DNA from: Mytilus californianus
Lineage: Eukaryota
Direction: 5' to 3'
DNA: 64,000 bases
Assembly: GCF_021869535.1 (NCBI RefSeq)
Contig: NW_026262701.1
Coordinates: forward strand, 2,542,001 to 2,606,000
Under the pieces are notes generated by a model that worked only from the letters and a program-made list of their open reading frames with translations, had not been told where the DNA came from and made no database searches. A program made the position numbers and the translations under genes. This document shows positions 25,501 to 40,500 of this stretch, in pieces (the first letter of the stretch is position 1; every line of letters starts with the position of its first letter).

Positions 25501-28500
25501 CAGCGTGATCAGGAAAATAACGGCAATATTCACAAAACATCATCTCTTGTTTATCATCAGTAACAGTCGACCTTGCCCATGGGGAATCTTTCTGTCCATG
25601 ACACTATAAATGTTTTTTTCCGCTTTTCCTGGTCGTATTTGGCATTTTTTGGGATAAATTTTCAGCCTCATTACCCCCTTCATCTACCGTTTTTCGTTTT
25701 GAAACTGACAAAGTTCCTATGGTGGCCGTACTTAGATGTTTAGAAATAATTTGTGCATGGTTTCAACTGGGACTATTATACTAACATACATATTAGTATA
25801 ATAGTCCCAGGTTTCAAGCTCAAATTAACAGCTGTCCGACAAGACAGGTCAATATCGATCATTACATCATACACCCAAGTACCATTAATTGAAAATCTCG
25901 GCATAAGCAATGTACAATACCCCCTGTACTGAGAAATTGATATTGAAAGTACGTGAATTGCGATCAATACATGATACCGGTCCACCCAGAGTTAGTTGTT
26001 CTATTTTTAAAACATGTACAAAATCGGTTCAAATTCTTGGAATCCCGGATGACTTACGTAATTGAATCTGATTGGCTAAGATAGAATAGTGATGAGGGGA
26101 TTTTCCACTTACTATTTTGGAAATGCCAAGAATTGTTTGTTACTAGTTCGTCGGGCATATTCGGTTACAAGTTTTAATTGCCCGAAGTGTAAAAGTCTAG
26201 TACCGGGCGTCGGGCTAGTGGATTTTTTAACCCCTGTGCTGTGTATGGATATGACAGGTGTACGAACATGTAAGTATTGTACTTGTGAGAATGCTGTGTA
26301 TGGATATGACAGGTGTACGGACATGTAAGTATTGTACTTGTGAGAATGCTGTATATGGATATGACAGGTGTACGGACATGTAAGTATTGTACTTGTGAGA
26401 ATGCTGTGTATGGATATGACAGGTGTACGAACATGTAAGTATTGTACTTGTGAGAATGCTGTGTATGGATATGATAGGTGTACAGACATGTAATTATTGT
26501 ACTTGTAAGAATGCTTTTTATGGACTTGTTAGTATTGTACTTGTGAGAATGCTGTGCATGGATATTACAGGTGTATGGATACCAAGTTTTAATTACTTGA
26601 CTTGAAGTCTGGCAAATGAAGAAAAAAAAGTAATGCAATTTTGTAATATTTGTTTCTTATAAAGTTTTAACATTTTCACCAAATTGTTATCAAACTTTTA
26701 TATAAATGGGATCTTGTATAAAGTAATAGATCATTAACATGGTTATCTGCATTTAGAAACTATTATTAAAATACAATTCTAGTCAAGTCAGCTTGGTGTG
26801 ACTTAATATTAAAAAGTGCCATATAAATATATCTAGTATATTGTATGTCAGAGTATAAAATGTACTCTCATATTTATTATTTTTTGCAGATATATAATTG
26901 TGATGTACTGAAGAAATTTTCTTGTAGAAATTTAAATTTGTAGAACCAATATTCTAGTTCATACTTTCTACAATGAAAGGAAACTGGATGGCACAAAACA
27001 AATAAAAGCTTCTCATCAACCTCTTGCATTGACATATGAAATTCATTTCTTTTTAAAAATATATCAATTTTATTCTCATATATAGATGAAGTAAAAAACT
27101 TTTGTAGATGTCCAAAATACAACAATATGCCAAATGGGTGCCAAGAGGTGAGACGTAATGGAGAGTGTTGTCCGATAATGGAATGTGATAGTGGATCTTT
27201 TGTCACCTCTACAACCAATCTAAAGTCTATAGGAAACGGAGGATTAATACATGTGTTACGACCATCGGGATCAATGCAGTATGTACTACCAACTGGTCTG
27301 ACTGGGACAACTCCAGTCCCTGGTTCAGGAGGAACAGGCTTTGTAGCACCAAGATTACGTAAGTAAATGAAAAATAGTATCATTTTTAAATTAGTAGATC
27401 TAAAATCTCTGTTTATATTCATCAAATTTCAAAGACAGATGATAATCAGTAGAGTAAAGAGTGGTAAATTTTTAGGTAGAAAAGCAATATGAATAGTTAC
27501 TTTTAAAAACTTTTAGTCACATGAAAAAAAAACATCTTATAATTGAGTCCATAATTCTGTCTTCTTCTATTGTGTAAACTATGAAGGTTGTTTATGAAAA
27601 AAATGTGGCATTGGAAATCATTTTTTTTCTTTTACCCTTCTATGTGTAAAACTGAAGGTAATCAGTAAAACCATGTAAAATCAAATCAAGTACATAGGGA
27701 CTTTTCTACAGATCAGATATTTAACAATAGGGATACACATTATTTATAAAAATGCACATAGAAGTGTATTACAGCTTTATTACCTGTTGACAAGTCCCTA
27801 TGCTGAAGGACAGTTTTGTCAGTGTAATTTTCTGCTTACAGCTGGATGTTTATACAAAGGACAGCTATATGTACAGGACCAAGCATGGGAAGATGGCTGT
27901 GATTTCTCCTGTTTATGTACCAATGCAGTAACTGCCACATATTCTTGTAGACTCAAGTAAGATTTTTATTCAAAAATGAAAATTGCTTTGTGTCTTTCAA
28001 TAAGCTTTGGCTGATGTAAGAATGTTCCTTGTTGATTGGCAATGAGACACAGGGATAGAAATTAAGATTTTAATATAACTGGCCAAGCGGGCTTACTCCT
28101 TTCTAAATTAACTTGTCCTTCCAGACTTTTACTGGCCCTATAAAATTGAGAAAAAAAACATTGGTTGTCCTAGATGTAGTACTGTTTTAACTGTGTAATA
28201 AGATTCTAGATCTAAAGTAAGGTAATAAGGAAGAATGGTAATAGAACATTTTCGTACTGTTTACATATTTCACAATACATTCCACTGTCAACATTTTTTA
28301 ACCATGTGAATTCAGTCTCCCGTTTAAAGGAAATATTTCCTATTTTGACCTTCTTTTTTATAAACTCAGGTTTTCAATTCTGGAGCTATTTAATTTAGGC
28401 TCTTTGGCCTTAGGAATGTAATTGTTATGAAATCTTTCCATTTTAGATCATTTTAACTTTAATGTATGGGGCTGACATTTAATAATCAAAATCTCGTCGC

Positions 28501-31500
28501 CGATGCAACTCTGGGTTCCCCACAGAATGTAAATCAAGAGAGGGGGAGAAAGGTCAACAGTTACAGATGATGTGTAGCGTTTGATAAATTCGCTCCATGG
28601 ACACACATTTTCCTGATTTGTTGCTCATTTTGTGTCCTCTAAGGTGCTGGCATATCTATCTAATTTGAAGGTGGAATCTTGCATAATTGGTCCTATCAGT
28701 GGTCCCCACACTTTTAAAGAGCTATTAGACAGGGAGAAGGGAAGGCATAATAAGGCTCAGACTCCATATACTGCTTTTCATGTTATAAGTTTTGTAATTT
28801 AAAGGGGCTTCCTTTCATAACAAATTTAGATTTAATTTCAGTTGCTTAATGGAAGACCACAAGGTTTGATAGAAATAAGATAAGAATTTTCACAATGAAA
28901 AACATAAATCAACTATCCCCTTTAACCACATTACCCAGGCCAGACAACATCACAATGAGAAACATTGATCATTTATATCCTTTAGTCAAGGTACAAGGGA
29001 GATAACTTTGCAATGAGAAACATTGATCAACTATCTCCTTTATCTACGATACCCAAGGGAGACAACATCACAATGAGAAACATTAATCAGGTATATATCC
29101 TTTAGTCATGGTACAAGGGAGATAACTTAATAATGAGAAACATTAATCATCTAACCACTTTAACTATGGTACCTAGGGGATACAACATCACAATGAGATA
29201 CATTAATCATCTATCCACTTTAACTATGGTACCTAGGGGAGACAACATCACAATGAGAAACATTAATCATCTATCCACTTTTAACTAATGTATCCAAGAG
29301 AGACAATTTCACAATGAAGAACATCAAACAGCAAGCTCCTTTAACCAAGGTACCCAGGGAAGACAATTTTTCACTGAGGAACATTAATGAGATCCCACCT
29401 ATCACCATATCACATATCACCAAGGTAAACACCAAGGTACCATTGGGAGACAGATATACAATTATGGACATATCATCAGTGATTTCAGGTCACTTTAATT
29501 AATATCTTGCTGTAACTGTATATTTGATGTGATAAATATGCTTACATCCTATAATTGTTTACTTTTTATACATTGTGACTTGGATGGATATTTGTCTCAT
29601 TGGCACTCATACCACATCTTCTTATTTATATTATATGCAATTTGGATTTTATAGGTGCCCTACTTATGGATCCATCCCAGCTTCATGTCACATGGAAACT
29701 GATCCTAATGAACCCTGCTGTAAGGCACCTGTTTGTGCTTATGATCCATTCACAGGACAGACTTTTGTTCCTATCCCACAATTTCAACCAGCAGTAACAG
29801 GAAGTGGACAAGTTAAACCTCCATCAATAGGAGATTTGTTGAACCACACAATAAATGCAGGATCTGTTACCCTGTACCCAACTGGTTTAACTCCTTTACC
29901 ACCAACTGCAGCTACTGGTATATCAGGTGGTATTGGTAAGTAGTTGTCAAGTCTGTCAAATATACTATTAAACCTTCCTTTAAAATTATATGCAACTTTT
30001 AATTTTAACAAAAGACTTAAAACAGTTGTCCTGTAATATTAATTCTGTCAAATCCAATATGCCTTCTTTAAAGTGATAAGATCTTTGATTTTAATGAAAG
30101 AATCAATATGTTGTCGTGCAATATTAATTCAGCCAAACTATTACTGTATCTGTCATTGTTACGCAGTGAAATGACCAAATGTGCAAAATTTCAATAAAGG
30201 TTTAATTTTTTTGTCATTTTTAGTGTTCAGGTAATATGAGTATATGATCAGTTTTTACCAGAGTAACTTATTACCAACACATTTTTCTCCATTTGCTCAT
30301 ATTTTACAGGATATTGTCTGTATAAGGGCAGAAGATATACACAGGCAGAAACTTGGGATGAAGGATGTGACTTTACTTGTGTGTGTTCTGATTCAAGAAC
30401 TGGTTACTACAAATGTGTAGAAAAGTAAATATGTATATATATCATAAAACAATCAAATCTTCCATGCATATGAGAATTTATTCTTAAAAATTTAGAATAA
30501 AACCAATATTTCAAAGAGACCACAAGAACATATTACTTTTCTGTAGGACAACCAATCTTCATGGTGGTCTGAGTTTTTATGACGAGCAATTTCTATAAAC
30601 TTGGCTCAATACAGGTAACCTATATATTAAATTATTTATGTTTTTGATATTGTTTTTTTCAGCAAGATTATCTAGCAAAACCTGCAAAGTCGAGAATAAG
30701 AAATTAGGTCAAACATCTAGAAACATCTTATTTTTTTTTTTTTTTTGCTTACAAAAAACATTGTTCTTTTTTATGTATGACATCTTGTGCATTTCATTGA
30801 TTAACTGACAAATAGATATAAAAATTGTGACATTGCTGTATTGTTACTTGACATCATTGCCTAATATTTTCTAGTGTCACATCCTGTTTGTGTTTTAGAA
30901 AACAATATTAGACAGTAGGATCAAAGGGAAAATGTACAAATTGAAGATAAATGGAATTTTATAATGGAATATTATTTTCACACTTAAAACCTTTACTTTT
31001 TTTGACGCATAGATATTTAACAATTTGTGGACTGTTTTACAACATATAATTTTGATTACATTCCTTATCATTTAGAATTAATAAAGCATGATACTATGTA
31101 TATTTCAGATGTGTTCACTTTGGTAACTTGCCACAGCCTTATTGCTATTTGGTAAAGGATCCATCTAATCCTTGCTGTAAAATACCTAAATGTGAATTCC
31201 CTATAAATTTTGTCACACAGATTGGACTTATATCAACGGCAAAGCCAGCTACAGGTTTGTTTTATCTTGTTTTTGACACACGTCAAACCTTTTTTATTGG
31301 AAACCATAAAAATGAAGATTAGTGCACTTGAGATAAGAATCGCATTAAAAAAACAGTCTAAATTTTATGATGACAAATCAAAAAGAAAATAGAAGAGAGA
31401 GGGGGTACTGGCATTATAATTTTATCAATCAAACAAGCCAAAGTAATGAGGTATATAACATTGGATTTTATTGCAAATTATTTTCTTTGTTTACAACAGA

Positions 31501-34500
31501 CCAAGTTTAGAATATTAAAGATAATTTATGAAATAGATTAGAATAGAATCTACCAGTGGTTCAGAAAATTAATTACAGGCTTTGGAAAAGGATACAGAAA
31601 ACATTTTAGTGTCAAGTTGCAAAGATTTTGTACAAAATAAACACTAAATCAATGAGATAGGTTCTTGACATTTGTTCACTTGGAAAAATGGGTTAGAATC
31701 AACTACTGCTTGAAAAGGAAGAAAGGCCCCTATGATTTGATTAAGGTTATCTTTTGAACATTCAGAGAGTTAATGCAAGGGTTTTTTTTAGTCTGCACAT
31801 AGTATGACACTCTTCTAACATGGAACATTAGATTGGATGTCTCCATTCAAAGGGATATGACTGTATATATTTACCTCCTGCATAGTCAAACAAGGGTGTC
31901 CTTAACATAAGCTTAATAAGATATGTCCTTTGGAAATGAAGAACAGTTTTAATATTTGTCTTTTTCTATGTATATATGACTGTTGATGACATGTTTTTTA
32001 ACAGATTACTGTGAATATGGTGGTGTGAAGTATTCCCAGGGTCAGTCATGGTACGATGGATGTAGTTACAGATGTACATGTGAAAATGCTCTCGGTGGAG
32101 TTTACAGGTGTATGCAGAGGTACGTCACTAATCTTTGTTAATATGTAATTACTAAAGTAAAGATAGAACCACCTCTGTTGTTTTCGTGGTAGAGTGTTCG
32201 CCTCTAGTGCGGTTGGTTGTTGATTCAAACCTCAGCCGGGTCAAATCAAAGGCTTAGAAATTGGTATTTGCTGCTTCCCCCCTAAGCACACAGCATTATG
32301 GCGTAAGAGCAAAGACTGGTTGGGTCTGAGTAAGAATAATGTGTCTGGGTAAGGTGACATGTCTTCCTGTGCACTGAACATTACTTTGTGAACTAATAGA
32401 AAAACAAAGGATATGGGGTATCCATCCATGACACAAAATCAGTACATGCACAGCAAAAAAAACACAAAAAGCAAAGGAACAGTGCTTTCATCATGGTTCT
32501 TCATCTCAAAACTAGCATGTTAAAAATCTGGCTCAGTGTGTTGGTCTAGTACAAAGCAGGGTTAATATCCATATTACATTGACATTCTTGTCCTGAATAT
32601 GCATTTAATTTGCCGCTGGACATAAAACTGCCATCCATCATCATCATCTAAATCTAAATCTAAATTTAAAATAAAGATCAATGATAACCCACAAAGTCAA
32701 TCAAACAAACTGTTATATGGTCTATCAGTTTCAGACTTTGACCAGCTAAACTAATTTGGGCTTCAATGAAAAAAATAATGTACCCATTTGTTTTGTGAAT
32801 TGTCAACTTTCAGCTTGGTTTACATCCTTAATTAAATCCGTGTCATTAAAAAAGTTATGCCTCTTTAAACAGCCAAGTTCTACTTTGGTATTATCTTTTA
32901 TATTCAATTTTTATGCCCCACCTACGATAGTAGTAGGGGCATTATGTTTTCTGGTTTGTTCGTTCGTTTGTCCATCCGTCTGTCCCACTTTAGGTTAAAG
33001 TTTTTGGTCAAGGTAGTTTTTGATGAAGTTGAAGTCCAATCAACTTGAAACTTAGTACACACATTCCCTAAGATGTGATATTTCTAATTTTAATGCCAAA
33101 TTAGAGTTTTGACCCCAATTTCACGGTCCACTGAACATAGAAAATGATAGTGCGAGTGGGGCATCCATTTACTATAGACACATTTTTGTTTTAAATATAT
33201 TGACAATTGCAGCTATCATAATACTATAAAAAATGAACTTAATTATTTTCCAATGTGTGTAATTTTTTACTACCGATATAATCCTGTTCTATTTCCAACT
33301 GATATGACACTTGATTTCAGATGTCCAACATACCAGAATATTAACCCTAACTGTAAATTTGTTCCTGATCCAAATGATCCATCATGTTGTCAGATGCCAC
33401 AATGTGCACCTGTTGGGAATGTAACAGTTTCTACAGGGACAGGAAAAGTACCTACCCCTGCACCTTCTGGTGTATACCAAGGTGTAGATCATGGAACAGC
33501 AGGCAAGATATTACAATTTATACAAGGTTTCAGATATGCCTAACAAGTAGTTTCCAAATATTGTTTTAAAATAAAATTATTGATTTACTATAAACACAAA
33601 AACCTTTAAAGACTATAATGTAGGTAATTTTATTACCGCAAAGACACAATTACATACACATTCCAGGGGCGGATCCAGCCATTTTTAAAAGGGGGGGTTC
33701 CAACTATATGTCCCCATTCAAATGCTTTGATCGTCAAAAAAGGGGGGTTTCAACCCCCCCCCCCCCCCCCCCTAGATCCGCCACTGCATTCATAACTGGA
33801 TGAAAATGAGAGTGAAAAAAAAGGTTCCCCCTTAAATAGAAATTCAATAAATAATTAAATGAAATATATTATACCATTAATTTTGCTGCAATATTTGAAA
33901 GTTTTATGTACATTAGTTTTATATTTGGTTATTGATTTGTAGGGAAGTGTACATACAAAGGTAGGCAGTATACACAGGGACAGAAATGGGCTGATGGATG
34001 TGATTTTAACTGTGAATGTAAAGATGCCTCCAGAGGTTACTATGAATGTACAGACATGTAAGTGTTTATTCATGTAAACATGACACCCAACATACTCTTT
34101 CTGTAGCTAGCTGTATATATTTCTTCTTTTAAATTTTAAGTTTGCCTTTGTTTGTTTTGTCATTTTAGTAAATTACCCTCTCTTGGAAAAGAGGTAAGGT
34201 GACCTGTAGCTGTTTACAACCTCATCATTTGTCCTTTGTTAGATAGTTTCTCATTTGCAATCGTACCACATCTCCTTATTTTCATAGGAGGTGGATATAC
34301 ATGAGGCATTAAACTAGAATTCAGAGATTATTATGTGCAAGTATTACTTAAATTGATGGTCAACAGGAAAATATTTATAGAACATTAATGGAAACGTCTT
34401 TTCATTGATAGTACATCAATGGAAACGTCTTTTCATTGCTGTTTATTATTTTACCAGATGCTTGAAAGTCTCTAGTTCTGAATTAAATAGCTCACACCCT

Positions 34501-37500
34501 ACAGTAAGGTCCTAAATTATACTCAGTATTGGCTCATAGCCATGTCTAATGTAATTCAACAAGCATGTGTGAGAGAAAGGTACATTTTTTTATTGATTCA
34601 GCCATGCTGGATCTATGCGATCACTCTGGTTTTGGAGATGGTGCAGAATACTAAGTTGAAGACATATCATGAAACTAATTATGTGTTTTTATGACTTGCA
34701 GAAACTTTCTACACCATTTTAATCATCAACTGCAATCTTTTGACATGTTATTTGCCCTTAAATTAAGAAAAGATCGGTCGAATAGTGACTTTATTTTAGA
34801 TATACACTTGCATATAGTTCCTTTCTTAATCAAAATTTATGATGATTTACTATTTATGAATTAATTTGAAAAAGTATTTGTACATCAATTGAATCAGTTG
34901 ATAAGAATTTTGAAAGTATTATATAAGTATCTTGTGCTTGTGTAAATTATTGTTCAATGAAATGTAGGTCAACATGTGTATTAATATATCTAAGTTGATT
35001 CCCAAACTTTTTTGAAATGGTATTACTCCAATTCTTTCCATAGGCAAGTAAGAGTCAGAATGATTATTAACTGTCATGATTTTCAAATAAGTATTAATTA
35101 GAAACATCCCCAGGCTTAATTCAAAACAGTTAATATCTCATGACCTGTTACATAATTAAATAGACACAATTTATGACACACCTAACTGAATACACACATT
35201 CTTGACCTCAATAGTAAACCTACAAATGTATTATTTATTTTGATCTACATTACATTAAAATATTCTGTTAATTTTGCTAGCTAGCTGAATGATTATTCTG
35301 ATGTGTTTTTTTTCTCAAAGAAAATACTTAAAATGAAAAAAAATATGTATAAAAAATGCAAGCAAATTTTATTTTACTTGTAAAATCAGTGCCATTATCA
35401 TCTGACATAAGTCAATAAGCAAGTTCCAATTAATTAGTTACAATTATCAGAAATTTGGTTGAAATATTAAACAAAATGGCATAACTCTTACCTGAGCATT
35501 TTCTGCAATACAATTTATTTGTTTGTTTTACATTTATATCCCATTATATTGCTATTTAACAGTAATTGGAAATATCTCAGCATTAGGTATTTGTACATTC
35601 AGATTTGAATACAGGAAATGTATTTTTTCTTAATGAAGAATGAACACCAATTTAGATAAAAAATAGTTATTATTTTTTTTAATTTTTGTTGTTGAGAAAG
35701 TGCATTTATAAGGCCTCTTTCTGGAAATTATTAAAACCTATAATTATTAATGGCATATAAAAAACATATTACTTGTTTGACGATTTTCCTTTCCATTCTT
35801 GTCAAAAATAAAATCTGACAGAGTCTAAAATTGAAAGATCAGTATATATATATTTATATTTGCATCAATATTGCGAAATCACCTACCTTTGGACAATAAC
35901 ATAGAAATTTTACAGTAAGATTGGACATGAAAAGAGAGAAAAATTAGAAAAAAGTATGGTCAGAAAGAATATCAGACTAGCTATGAATATGGCTGGATCA
36001 CAACATCAACGATGCTTTGATTTTGTTGTGTTGTTTGGTTGCAGTCTCATTTTAACCCATATTTCTATTTATTGATATGAAAACAATGACTTATAGATAC
36101 ATAGATAATTTTTGTTGATTACAGAATGTTAAACCTTGAATTTGATCATTTCTTCTGTTGACAGGTGTCCTCGTTACAATGATGTTCCACCACAGTGTAA
36201 ACTGGTAACTGACTTCACTAATCCCTGTTGTAAGAAACCAGATTGTGACTTTACAGCTACAACAGCAAGTATCAGTGGTAACCAGACCCAATCACCAAAT
36301 CCTATACCAACACTGGCACCCAATATGCGTATGTAATTTAAATTCTTCATCAAATTTGTTTTTATTTCCATAAGGATCATAAATGATTTTTTTTTTAAAT
36401 ATCTATTTTAGAGCTGTACAAGAAAAATTACAAGAAGGATTCTGCTCCATTCTATTGAGCCTATAAGGGTTATTTTTGCTCCTGGGCCTCTTTGGTCTTT
36501 AATCCCGTCTCAATTTTTAATGATACATCTTAGCAGTCAATTTGCAAAGTAAGTAATTAAATTTTACTCAAATTAAGGTTGAATTCTCTTGTCAGATTAA
36601 AGTTGCAGTCGGAAGTGAAATAATCTGAAAGGTCTGGCAATTTTGGCTATTCACTGCTTCTTAGGGCAACTTTGGTTTTATATTTACCCAGCAAACAGTT
36701 GGAGTGCCTTCGAATGAAGATCACTTTAATAAAGATACACAAGCCTAATTAATTACCCCCGCTTTAAAAAAGTGGGGGTATTCTGTTTTACCTCTGTCTG
36801 TCCGTCCGTTTATTTAAGTCAGTTGTGATGCTTTTTCAGATTTATCACTCAACAACTTCCTGTTTATCGTCAAGTATTTTGGAGGGGGTATCATCAGTGA
36901 GCAGTAGCTCGCAGTTTCACTTGTTTTAGAATTATCTTGCTGACATTTTCATTGAATTTGTTCATTGTTCCATTTTTCACTTGGCCCTTATGTCAAACAA
37001 ATCTAAACTCATTTTAAAATATATTAGTGGCCCTGAAAAGTCTGTTAAGTCTATCAAGATCTTTTTTTGCACAATAGCCAAATAAATTTCCAGAAATGTA
37101 TGTTGCCATTTTGTCAACAGACGCCAGTGATGTCATTTTGATGGGAGATATTTATTGTACAAACAAAGAGACTGAAGTAGGTTATTCATCAGTTAATCAT
37201 AGGTTTATGTCTCTTAATAATGTTTTACACAATCGAATTATGTATTATGTATAAAAATATATATACATGTAAAGTATAATGATATTAATTTATTTTATTT
37301 GAAAATGCAGTGTTACTGAGATATCAAATAACTTATCACAGTAGAAATGAAGTCTGTTTTAAAAATTTATACATGAAAGTATTTTGATTTTTTTCCAGAG
37401 TATTGTTCCTACAGAGGAGCTAAGTACATCCAAAGTCAGACTTGGGTGGATGGTTGTACGTACAGATGCAGATGTGACGATTCTTCTAGAGGAGTTTATA

Positions 37501-40500
37501 CATGTAGTGAAAGGTACTTCATTGAAGTCCACAAAAGTTACAATGACTGACTGTCAAAAAAAGTAAAATAACAAAAATACAGAACTCTGAGGAAAATTCA
37601 AAATGGAAAGTCTATAATCAAATGGCAAAATCAAAAGCTCAAACACATCAAATGAATTGATAACAACTGTCATATTCCTGACTTGATACAGGCATTTTCT
37701 TATGTAGAAAATAGTAGATTAAACCTGGTTTTATAGCTAGCTAAACCTCTCAATTGTCAATATAGTTGATTTTGATGCGACTGTCATACAAGTGAGAGGT
37801 TTGGCGAGCTATAAAACCAGGTTCAATCCACAATTTTCTACATAAGAAAATGCCTGTACCAAGTCAGGAATATGAGTTGATTAGGGACTTTCCTTTTTGA
37901 ATTTTCCTCGGAGTTCAGTATTTTTGTGATTTTACTTTTTTTTGTATGACAGTCCATTGACAACGATGTGTGAACAAAACAAACAGACATGATAAGTAAA
38001 AAATTCAAAAATTGAGGTACAGCTGAAGGATAACAAAAATGAAATAATCCAGGGTATATGATTTGTATTGAGTAAAAAAGAAGCTGATAACACACTGAAA
38101 TTTTTAATAAAATGTTTCCAATTCAGTGAAATTCAGTGTTAAAAATTTAAATTTGAAATACAATCTTTTAAAAATTGAAAATGAGCTGATCGTATCTTTA
38201 CCTGTTTAATACATGAATAAATCATCCTAATTATCAAGGCAAATAGTCCATGAATATATCCTTCTGGAAGAAAAGATCTTGATCTCAACTTCAATAGTAT
38301 TTTTTTAAGGGGGTAGACCTCCTGGCTAAGAGGGTGTCCACTGGAAATTATTCTAAAGAAAAATTGTACCAGAGGAAAATAATCCATAATACATCCTTCC
38401 AGAGGAAAAATCTACTGTATAGAAAAGAGGATCCAATATGGAGAAGAATAACCCATGTTATATATTTTGTTAGGAAAATAACTAAATTGATTTCAGTTGA
38501 TAGAAAAATCAAAAGGGATTTTGAATTAGCAATCTTTTATGCATAATTTATTTATGATTACAAAATTTTTTACAAACAATCGTTTGTTTATGTGCGGTAT
38601 GAGCTTTAGCTAAAAACAATTATTTTTTTGACAATTTATTTTAATTTCTGTTTACAGGTGTCCAACATATCCAATGAGTTCAGCAGATTGTAAGATGGTA
38701 TCTGATCCTAAAGATCCATGTTGTCTGGTACCACAGTGTCCATCTCCTACTGGTGCCCCTAACCAGGTTCCTACCTTGGCTCCAGGCAAGATCAGTGGAA
38801 ATATCAACATTCCAACACCAAAGCCTGGATCATCTGTATCTCCTCCTTTACTCAGTATGAACACTTATTCTAATCGTTTGTAACGTTCACATTGATTGGA
38901 TAACGTCACCAATTTTTTCATGGCAATTGATGCTATGGAAATGTACGCGCAAGCTCAGATGACGATTGACATATTTTAAATGTATGATTTGACATTGTTT
39001 TCTGTCAGTTACATTAGAATGGAGATAACGTGTCACCAGTAAACTTAAACAAATCACCAATTGATGGCGTCAGAGCTTAAAATTCAATACAGTTATCTCC
39101 TAATTGCACCTCTAAAAGAATATCGTATTCTTCTCATTCCAGACAATCCCTATAAATACATTATCTTAATTTCCCTAATAAGATATGTACAATAATTATA
39201 GATTATCAATGATTCTTCAAACGAGAGGGAGATTCTTCGCTACAATCTCATCGAAGGGTGATAGCCCTTGATGATGTAGCAGAGAAACACCCCAAGTTTG
39301 AAAGACTATGGGTAATCTGTTTATTGCTATTTTCCTAGGCAACATCAATGACATAGTATTATGATGTCATACATGTCGTACAGAAGTTCTACTGACTGAG
39401 AAAATCCAATATTATGCGAGTAGCATGATATGAAAAATTATCAACGAAAAATAAAATCCTTTATCAGGCAACACCATCTTTTTCATCAGTACATGTAATG
39501 TAGAAGCAATGAAATTGTTATCTCGGATTAAAATTTGAAATTTATTTAATTGGTATTGAAAAAAGAATAAAAGCAATATTAAAACTATCTTTCTTGCTAT
39601 TCTTAACTAGGATAAAAATTGACTTTAATTTCAGTGACAAAATCTCTTTACATGTTTTAAGTTAAATTGACATTTTCAATCTTCCAGCCTTCTGTTTGTA
39701 CAAGAGTAAACAATACAAACAAGGAGAAAAATGGATGGATGGTTGTGATTATTCTTGTGAATGTACTGATGCTTCTACTGGCAAATATGTCTGTAATGAA
39801 AGGTATATATATCTATATAATGATAGAAAGTACACATATACATGTTCAGCATTTAACACAACACTTCTTTACATTTAAAAGAGTCAGAAACCAATTAGAC
39901 AATTAAACCAGAAAAGACATCCATATATTACATACAGTCTATAACAATTGACAAATGTTTATACAATATCAGTTTTAAAATATCCTGGGATAAGGCAAGT
40001 TATGAAGAATATTTACGAAGACTATCATCAATTGGCTGATAGTTCCTGTCGATCAATTCATTTGTTCTAGAATCTGTTCCTGGTTACGGCTTTGGTTTTC
40101 AATAGTTTGCATATGTGTGAAGTTAAAACTTAGTACACATGTTTGTTATGAGGGTGAACTTTTTAGAGAATATGTCAAATTAATGTTTTGACCATGATTT
40201 TGCAGTTCATTGAACATGGAAATGTGATGGTGTAAGCAGGGCATAGTGTCCATAGTGGTGTCATATGGACAAATACTCTTGCTTCTTCATATAAATGGAC
40301 AAATAAAAATAGGGAAAGGAAAGAAAAAACAACTCAGAATTAATAAAACTTTATGAAATCTCATATCTTGTTTTTTAAACAGAATAATGACTGTATTTTC
40401 AGATGTACAAGGTATACCAATATTCCAGCTAATTGTTTCTTGGTGAAGGATGCCTCCAATCCATGTTGTAAGAAACCACAGTGTACCAACAATACACCAA

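Larger units (their letters stand above)
23991..26580 (+). repeat. 55-bp tandem array (about 10-11 units) of the exon 3' end plus donor, split by two transposons
   Basis: Unit TATTGTACTTGTGAGAATGCTGTGTATGGATATGACAGGTGTACAGACAT|GTAAG. Confidence 0.93.

Noticed and set aside
26089-26638. Cys/Tyr-rich ORFs resembling extra VWC exons
   Set aside because: They derive from the 55-bp exon-end copies. They have no acceptors, and TAA follows each copied donor.
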